The translations under genes were made by a program, and so were the position numbers. Source: a virus (Duplodnaviria; Caudoviricetes). From it: a DNA stretch of 26,794 nucleotides. Below the pieces are notes generated by a model that had not been told where the DNA came from, searched no databases, and saw nothing but the letters and a program-made list of their open reading frames with translations. Below, piece by piece: positions 6,773 through 12,607 of this stretch; position 1 is the stretch's first letter, and every line of letters begins with the position of its first letter. The stretch spans positions 1 through 26,794 of IMG/VR virus record IMGVR_UViG_3300010362_000090. One strand, 5' to 3'.

Positions 6773-7423
6773 ATGAGCTACCTAGCAATTGATCCGGGAA
6801 TGACGGGAGCGATTGTTGTGCGACAGGGTCGGACTTTCGTTCCCCATAAAATGCCGGTCCTGAAATTGAGGAACGGTAAAGGGTATCGTTCCGAGCTGGA
6901 TATATTCCAGCTCGCGGCGTTGCTCGGAGAATTTCAGGCAAACCAGCTCGCGCCGGCATTTGTTCCGACCAGCTCGTCCCCGAAACGACCAAAAAGCGCT
7001 CCCCGCGCGGGCCGGGGAAGCGGTGCGGAATTCGCGTCGACTACTTGCACAACGAATGCAAATATCCCTGGGGTCCAAATCCGGGCCATTCTTGAGCGAC
7101 AGTCGCCGCATCGGGGTCAGGGGTTCTACGGGAATGCCTCCATAATGCGATCCTACGGGGTTCTAGAGGGTTTGCTGACCGGGTTGGGCATTCCCTACGC
7201 TGTCCTTGAGCCTCAGCTATGGCGCCGGGAAATGCGTCTAGGGCCAACTAAGGAAAAGAGTTGGCTATTGCTGGCCCGCGAGTGTCCCGAGCTGGCCCGG
7301 ACTGTCGGGAGCTGGTCAGCCGACTACCGCATAGCTGTTGCCGACTGCTATTGCATGCTGTCTACCGGGGAGCGGAAAGGAATACTCACGTCCACTCCAG
7401 TAGAGGACGATTGGCTAGCATAG
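6773..7423 (+). CDS. RuvC-like Holliday junction resolvase
   Basis: 'YLAIDPGMTGAI', 'ILERQ', 'YGVLEGLL...IPY..LEPQLWRR' and 'ADCY'; RBS AAGGGG. Confidence 0.85.
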   Translation: MSYLAIDPGMTGAIVVRQGRTFVPHKMPVLKLRNGKGYRSELDIFQLAALLGEFQANQLAPAFVPTSSSPKRPKSAPRAGRGSGAEFASTTCTTNANIPGVQIRAILERQSPHRGQGFYGNASIMRSYGVLEGLLTGLGIPYAVLEPQLWRREMRLGPTKEKSWLLLARECPELARTVGSWSADYRIAVADCYCMLSTGERKGILTSTPVEDDWLA

Positions 7424-7681
7424 TGCACTGTCGGTTAGGGCAAAGGTCAATACAGTAGATAGCGCAGTAATCACAATGCGTTAGCTAGGGTGGGTGTAAA
7501 TCCTGTGTAAGCAAGGGGAGCGGGCCAGCTCAAGGGACGAGCTGGCCCGGAACGCTATTGGTGCACTCATTATGCAAATACGACGACCGGGGTGGGTATC
7601 CGCAGTCGCGATGAATTTGCCCCCCGGCTGAAAATTCCGGCCGGGCCGGGAAAAAATTTCCGGGGGACTTGAGCCGGCGCG

Positions 7682-7756
7682 ACAGGAGGTAAGTCGATTT
7701 TTGGCGCGCTGGTTCTTAAAAATCGAGGAAACAGGAGGTAAGTCGATTTTTGGCGC
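7682..7756 (+). repeat. Exact 26-bp direct repeat (49-bp period)
   Basis: ACAGGAGGTAAGTCGATTTTTGGCGC at 7682-7707 and 7731-7756. Confidence 0.95.
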
Positions 7757-7979
7757 CGCTATTTTCGGAATTGCCTGTCCAGTTAACCGGACAGTCCACT
7801 TTTTTCACCTATCCAGCAAACCCCGACCCCAACGGGTCCCCTTTTCCAGCTCCCCGAGCACAGCGAGGTCGGTCACATTTTGGGCCGGCCGGCGTCACGA
7901 TTTCCTCTTGTCGACCTCAGTAGACAGGGGTTACAGTTTTTCAACAGAACTAGCCGGCCCGGTGCGGAGACCCCACAAC

Positions 7980-8174
7980 ATGCTCCGTCCTCGCTCCCCT
8001 TCCGTGTCGCTCGGAAGGTCGCTGCGCTCCCGTCCTCGCGAGGACGCGGAGCTTTCCCGGTTGCTGGCGCTGGTCAAACGTGTTCCCAAGCGTCGGCGCA
8101 AGCTCGCCGCCGATTTGCTTTCCACTCTTTTGCGAGCACGGGAGTATCCGCTATGGCGTCCAAATCAGCGTTAA
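7980..8174 (+). CDS. Hypothetical basic protein, 64 aa
   Basis: ATG 7980 after GGAG; Arg/Leu-rich helical C-terminal half. The start is uncertain. Confidence 0.4.
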   Translation: MLRPRSPSVSLGRSLRSRPREDAELSRLLALVKRVPKRRRKLAADLLSTLLRAREYPLWRPNQR

Positions 8175-8311
8175 GTCTCGTTCTCACGCCGCCGTCGACC
8201 GCGCCCGACACTTGGAAACGATGGAATGGCGCCGCGAGCGTCCAGCTTGACGCCAAGGCGTTGTCGCCTCTGATTAAGCGCCTCCTCCGGGAAGCGCTGT
8301 CCGACGATTGA
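8153..8311 (+). CDS. Hypothetical protein, 52 aa
   Basis: GGGAG RBS before ATG 8153. Confidence 0.5.
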   Translation: MASKSALSLVLTPPSTAPDTWKRWNGAASVQLDAKALSPLIKRLLREALSDD

Positions 8312-8402
8312 GGGGCGACGGGTTCCTGTTTTGCATGGGGGTAGTGGTCGGGGTCCTCCTGACTGCTACCGTCATCCTTGCGTCCAGTTTCAGGGTTTGC
8401 CC

Positions 8403-8678
8403 ATGAGCGACGACCTCACGTTGCCGAAAACCATAGAGCTGCGGATGGCGACCCGCGCCGGGTCGATTGTCGGACTGACCTACATGGACGACGGGTTCCA
8501 TGCCACGGTCCCGTGCAATATCCCGACGTGTTACCTCCCGGCCCGGCTCATGATTTACGAAATCAAGGACGGCGGGGAAGTGTGGCGACGGTGCGGAACC
8601 CATTGTCCTGACCAGTATGTTGAATTTCTTAGACAATTGACCGCTGTTCTCGGAAACATGGTCGGGGAATGCCTGTGA
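8403..8678 (+). CDS. Hypothetical protein, 91 aa
   Basis: First gene of a chain of overlapping ORFs. Confidence 0.65.
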   Translation: MSDDLTLPKTIELRMATRAGSIVGLTYMDDGFHATVPCNIPTCYLPARLMIYEIKDGGEVWRRCGTHCPDQYVEFLRQLTAVLGNMVGECL

Positions 8679-8911
8679 GCGACGAACGACTTGTCCGCAT
8701 TGTTGGACATGCCGACCTGTTCGGCAAAACGCTGGAGCGTTACCTCAATTCGATTGCCGGCGAGGGAACCAAGGTCCGGTATGCCATGGCGATTTGGCCC
8801 GACAAGCCGGAGGATTGGGCAACCTACGTCAGTAACCAGCTAGACCGGGTCGACGTCGTCCGCATGTTCCGGGCCATGGCCGACCAAATCGAGGCTAACA
8901 TAGATGGCTGA
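8675..8911 (+). CDS. Hypothetical protein
   Basis: GTGA overlap with the upstream stop; GGGGAA RBS. Confidence 0.7.
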   Translation: MSDERLVRIVGHADLFGKTLERYLNSIAGEGTKVRYAMAIWPDKPEDWATYVSNQLDRVDVVRMFRAMADQIEANIDG

Positions 8912-9194
8912 CCAACTTCCTGCGTGGCTGTCTGACTACGAGGACGTTGTCCAGAAACCGGACGCCGGTTGGTGCGCCGTGTCCCGGTTTGCGTTCACGT
9001 TCGCCATTCTCGCCGGTTGCGATTATGCCGGTTACCGGGACCGTTGGTGCTATGACAGCCGGGCGGAAGCCAAGCGAGCGCTGGCTGCGTGGTCCGGGGT
9101 CAAGGGTACGGAGCCGGACGGCTGGCACAGGCACCCGGACAGCGGCCGGCGGCGGCCCGACAGCGACCCCGAGCGCGAGTATGTCACGCCATGA
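8904..9194 (+). CDS. Hypothetical phage protein, 96 aa
   Basis: GAGG RBS; 'YRDRWCY...A..AL..W.G...EPDGWHRHP.SGRRR'; coupled to neighbours on both sides. Confidence 0.8.
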   Translation: MADQLPAWLSDYEDVVQKPDAGWCAVSRFAFTFAILAGCDYAGYRDRWCYDSRAEAKRALAAWSGVKGTEPDGWHRHPDSGRRRPDSDPEREYVTP

Positions 9195-9376
9195 AGTCCG
9201 TTGAATTCTACGCCCCGGCTGATTTTCCCCTGTTGGCGCCGCACCGGGGCACCGTCGTCATTGTCGTGCGGGGCGATGGCGACAAAATCCAATGCTGGCG
9301 CCTGTCTCTGCAAGAGGCGGAAAAGGCATTGGCTGATTTGAACGCCGCCATCCTCAAGGAAGGACAGCGGTCATGA
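9191..9376 (+). CDS. Hypothetical protein, 61 aa
   Basis: ATGA overlaps at both ends. Confidence 0.7.
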   Translation: MKSVEFYAPADFPLLAPHRGTVVIVVRGDGDKIQCWRLSLQEAEKALADLNAAILKEGQRS

Positions 9377-9591
9377 AAGGCAAGCTCGGGAAGCCCTTTG
9401 TCCGCAACCCCGACGCCCTTTGGCGCCGTTACGCGACCCCGGAGGAGCTGAAAGAAATTGCCGCGCTGGACGTGGTCATTGCTTTTTGGAATGACCAGTT
9501 AACAGGACTTCAAAAGCGCCGGTTCCGTATCTGCAACCGGGCCAACTCGCGAGGCTACCTTGAGCGACGAAGGACAGACAGCCGACCTTGA
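9373..9591 (+). CDS. Hypothetical protein, 72 aa
   Basis: AAGGA RBS and ATGA overlap. Confidence 0.7.
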   Translation: MKGKLGKPFVRNPDALWRRYATPEELKEIAALDVVIAFWNDQLTGLQKRRFRICNRANSRGYLERRRTDSRP

Positions 9592-9991
9592 GCCTTGGAC
9601 ACAGGCGCAATTGACCGCTTTTGTCGACGCCGTTTTCCGGGTCATGATGCAACGGCTGGTCAGCGAACCGGTTGAGCCGGTCGGTATCCTGTCCCGGATC
9701 GAAATGCACGTCACCAAGCTCCGGGATTTCCTCCATGGCGCCATGCAGGACCCTATCCCGCCGGACGGTGTCCTCGCCATCCGGGTTCTGCAACAGGAAA
9801 TCCGCAGCATCGCCGACCACGACGCACATATCAGCGCCGCGCGCCATGAATTCCTCCGGGAGTTTCTGGTCGCGCTGCGGAACGACGTGACGAGTAAACT
9901 GGACAGTCTGCAAAAGGCCGTGTCGTTCCTTGAGGTCGACGCTCCGGCGCTCATAAACCGGTTGGAGCGGATTGAGGCGAGGTTGAAATGA
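9560..9991 (+). CDS. Hypothetical helical/coiled-coil protein
   Basis: GAGG before TTG; coupled to the next ORF. Confidence 0.7.
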   Translation: MSDEGQTADLEPWTQAQLTAFVDAVFRVMMQRLVSEPVEPVGILSRIEMHVTKLRDFLHGAMQDPIPPDGVLAIRVLQQEIRSIADHDAHISAARHEFLREFLVALRNDVTSKLDSLQKAVSFLEVDAPALINRLERIEARLK

Positions 9992-10212
9992 CTAAAAAAT
10001 TCGACATTCTGGAATTTGTCCGTGAGGCCATGAACCGCGACCGGGGCGAGGTCACGGTCATATCGTCGGAGGTCATCAAAACCAACGTCCCCAAGGGCGT
10101 CGTTCCGTTTGTCCTCGCAAAGGCGTTGCTTGCGAGCTGTCACGGGAGTTACGGTGCAGCGGCCGAAACCCTGTTGCGGGTCCATCTGGAGGGCCGGGGC
10201 AATGCCGCATGA
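9988..10212 (+). CDS. Hypothetical protein, 74 aa
   Basis: GAGG RBS and ATGA overlap. Confidence 0.7.
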   Translation: MTKKFDILEFVREAMNRDRGEVTVISSEVIKTNVPKGVVPFVLAKALLASCHGSYGAAAETLLRVHLEGRGNAA

Positions 10213-10534
10213 CAACCTTCCGTTCGCTCCTCCCCCGGTGCCACAGGACCCGGAAGGGCCGACCCCGGCGCAAGTCGGCGACGCCGCCCGGAGCGCGATC
10301 ATGGAGGCGCTGGAGCTTCTCGACCAGTCGGGGACCCCGCTGTCGCTCTTGCTCGCTCGTCAGGCGCAAACCCGGCCCGACAAGCTCCTGACCGCGTGCG
10401 CCCGGTTCGCCCCCAACATGACCAAACAGGACCTCTTGCCGACCATACAGGCCATGCACTTGCGGGCGCTCCGGGAGCTGTCCCGTCAACCGGTCATTAT
10501 CGACCAGCGGCCCGACGATGACTGGCTGGCGTGA
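10202..10534 (+). CDS. Probable terminase small subunit
   Basis: Last substantial ORF before TerL. The helical 'ALELL..SG....LLARQAQTRPDKLLTACARFAP' resembles podoviral TerS. GGAGG RBS. The call is largely positional. Confidence 0.5.
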   Translation: MPHDNLPFAPPPVPQDPEGPTPAQVGDAARSAIMEALELLDQSGTPLSLLLARQAQTRPDKLLTACARFAPNMTKQDLLPTIQAMHLRALRELSRQPVIIDQRPDDDWLA

Positions 10535-10599
10535 CCCCTCTGGGGTTGGCCGTTCTGGCGCTGGCGGTCATGATCCTGTTGAGCGGGTTGTGGCAATGA
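10531..10599 (+). CDS. 22-aa hydrophobic peptide MTPLGLAVLALAVMILLSGLWQ
   Basis: GTGA overlap with the upstream stop; the whole peptide is one hydrophobic helix. Confidence 0.45.
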   Translation: MTPLGLAVLALAVMILLSGLWQ

Positions 10600-10604
10600 G
10601 TTGG

Positions 10605-10634
10605 TTGACAAAAAACTGAAATAGGATTTTTAAT
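10605..10634 (+). promoter_or_regulatory. Putative sigma70 promoter upstream of the structured region and terL
   Basis: TTGACA at 10605-10610, an AT-rich spacer, and TTTAAT at 10629-10634. Confidence 0.6.
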
Positions 10635-10635
10635 T

Positions 10636-10873
10636 CCGGCGCCGACCCCGACACGGGGTCCACAACCGACGACCCCGCACGCTCGCAAGCGAGGCCCCGC
10701 CGGGCCGGTTGTCTAGGGTTACCGCTGGAAACGTAGACCCCTAGGCGCGCACACGTCCGGCGGACCCTTTCGACTTTCCCCGACGCCTCATAAGCCAATC
10801 GGGGAAGGCCGGCTTGTCCGCTTGTGTGGTCAATGCTGTCAGCATTCCCCGGACCGCAGGACGGGCAACCCGG
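10636..10873 (+). ncRNA. Candidate structured RNA or long structured leader
   Basis: Five or more consecutive or nested helices in an interval with no convincing ORF (see findings). Confidence 0.4.
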
Positions 10874-10877
10874 TAGG

Positions 10878-12338
10878 GTGCCGCCGTCTACGCTGGACGA
10901 GTGGTTAGGCTTGGAGCTGGCGTCCACGGCGGCGCCCGACCTGTCCCCGGTCCATGAATTCGTTGCCGTCTACCGCAATGACCCCCTCCTGTTCGTCAAG
11001 CGCGTGCTCGGGGCGACGCCCGACCCGTGGCAGGAGCTTGTTCTCAAGAGCATTGCCGCCGGCCGCTTGCGGCTGAGTATCCGGTCGGGAAACGGGGTCG
11101 GCAAAACGACGCTCCTGTCATGGCTGGGGATTTGGTTCGTCACCTGTCGCTACCCGTCGAAATGCGTCGTCACCGCGCCGACCGCGCCGCAGCTCTTTGA
11201 CGCGCTGTTCTCGGAAATGAAGTTTTGGGTTGGGCTGCTACCCGACGCGGTCCGCCATTTGCTCCATGTCACAACCGACCATATCGCGCTGGCGTCCGAC
11301 ACGTCCGGCGCGTGGATAAGCGCTCGTACCTCCCGACCCGAAACCCCCGAGGCACTGCAAGGCGTTCACGCCGCAAACGTACTGCTGATGGTGGACGAGG
11401 CGTCCGGGGTTGACGAGCGTGTCTATCAAGCTGGACAGACCAGCATGTCGACCCCCGGCGCGATTACCATTCTCGCCGGGAACCCGCTGCGGAACAGCGG
11501 ATTTTTCTACCGGACGCATACCGACCTTGCCGACATGTGGATGACCTTGCGCGTGTCGGGGCTGGACAGCCCGCGCGTGTCGAAAGGCTTTGTCGAGGAA
11601 ATCCGCCGGACCTACGGCGAGCTGTCCATGGAGTATCGGGTCAAGATACTCGGGGAATTTCCGCTTGCCGACAGCGACACGTATTTGTCCGCAGAACTGG
11701 TCAAGGGTGCCATGGAGCGCAACATTGCGCTGGACCCGCTGGCGCCGACCGTCTGGGGACTGGACGTCGCCCGGTTCGGGACTGACCGCTCCGTCCTGTT
11801 CAAGCGGTCGGCGCGCCGGCAAATCGAGCAACCCCGTATCTGGCGCAACGTCGATTTGATGACCTTGGTCGGCGCGGTCAAGGTCGACTATGACGCTCTT
11901 GCCCCGTCGTTCCGGCCGCTGGAAATCATTGTCGACAGCATTGGCCTAGGCGCGGGCGTGGTCGACCGGCTCCGGGAATTGAAGCTCCCCGCCTACGGTT
12001 GCAACGTCAGCGAACAGCCGGCAACCAAAGGTGACTTTGGTCGCCTACGCGATGAGCTGTACTTCTCCGTTCGGCAATGGCTGGAAAGCCGCGAGGTCGC
12101 GCTCATGCCGGATGACGCCGTCGCGCTGGAGCTGCAAAGCATCCGATACGGCTTCACGTCGACCGGCAAGCTCAAGATTGAGGACAAGGACATGATGCGC
12201 AAGCGCATGAAGGCATCGCCCGACGTTGCCGACGCGCTGGCGCTCACGTTCGGCGGTATCGGCCTTGCCGCGTCCGGCCAGCTCCAGCGGTTCCCCTTTA
12301 ACAAACCTGTCGAGCAGGCAACCGATTGGGTTGTGTGA
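10878..12338 (+). CDS. terL: Terminase large subunit (start uncertain: 10824, 10833 or 10878)
   Basis: 'SGNGVGKT' Walker A, 'APTAPQL', 'LLMVDEASG' Walker B, 'GNP', nuclease 'GLDVARFGTD' and 'SPDVADALALTF'. Confidence 0.95.
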   Translation: MPPSTLDEWLGLELASTAAPDLSPVHEFVAVYRNDPLLFVKRVLGATPDPWQELVLKSIAAGRLRLSIRSGNGVGKTTLLSWLGIWFVTCRYPSKCVVTAPTAPQLFDALFSEMKFWVGLLPDAVRHLLHVTTDHIALASDTSGAWISARTSRPETPEALQGVHAANVLLMVDEASGVDERVYQAGQTSMSTPGAITILAGNPLRNSGFFYRTHTDLADMWMTLRVSGLDSPRVSKGFVEEIRRTYGELSMEYRVKILGEFPLADSDTYLSAELVKGAMERNIALDPLAPTVWGLDVARFGTDRSVLFKRSARRQIEQPRIWRNVDLMTLVGAVKVDYDALAPSFRPLEIIVDSIGLGAGVVDRLRELKLPAYGCNVSEQPATKGDFGRLRDELYFSVRQWLESREVALMPDDAVALELQSIRYGFTSTGKLKIEDKDMMRKRMKASPDVADALALTFGGIGLAASGQLQRFPFNKPVEQATDWVV

Positions 12339-12607
12339 TGACCGTTGAAATCACTGTCCATATTACTGACCAGCCGGACCAGCGGTTCCATGTTGACCCC
12401 GGCGCGCTGGACGCGGTGCGGTTCGATTTCAACCCGTCCGCGTCGCGCGACGTGGTTGCGGTCAAGGCCATGTCGGCGGCGCTGCTGACCTTGTGCGAGG
12501 CCAGCGACAGTAAGGCGCCGGACCCTCGTGGGCGGTGGATGGCGATAGCCCGGACGCACGTTGAAACCGCGCAAATGTTCGCGGTCAAGGCGGTGACCTA
12601 CAAATGA
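12338..12607 (+). CDS. Acb2/Tad1-like helical hairpin protein (candidate cyclic-nucleotide sponge)
   Basis: 'FNPS....V..VK...A.L' plus 'GRWMAIARTHVETAQMFAVKAV', resembling the Acb2 C-terminal helix. Confidence 0.6.
   Translation: MTVEITVHITDQPDQRFHVDPGALDAVRFDFNPSASRDVVAVKAMSAALLTLCEASDSKAPDPRGRWMAIARTHVETAQMFAVKAVTYK

Noticed and set aside
7701-7979. N-terminal extensions of ORFs 7701-8174 and 7880-8311
   Set aside because: They run through repeats and operator boxes from TTG starts. The downstream ATGs with RBS are more plausible.
10690-10800. tRNA or hammerhead ribozyme in the terS-terL gap
   Set aside because: There is no cloverleaf with a properly placed T-arm, and no CUGANGA core.
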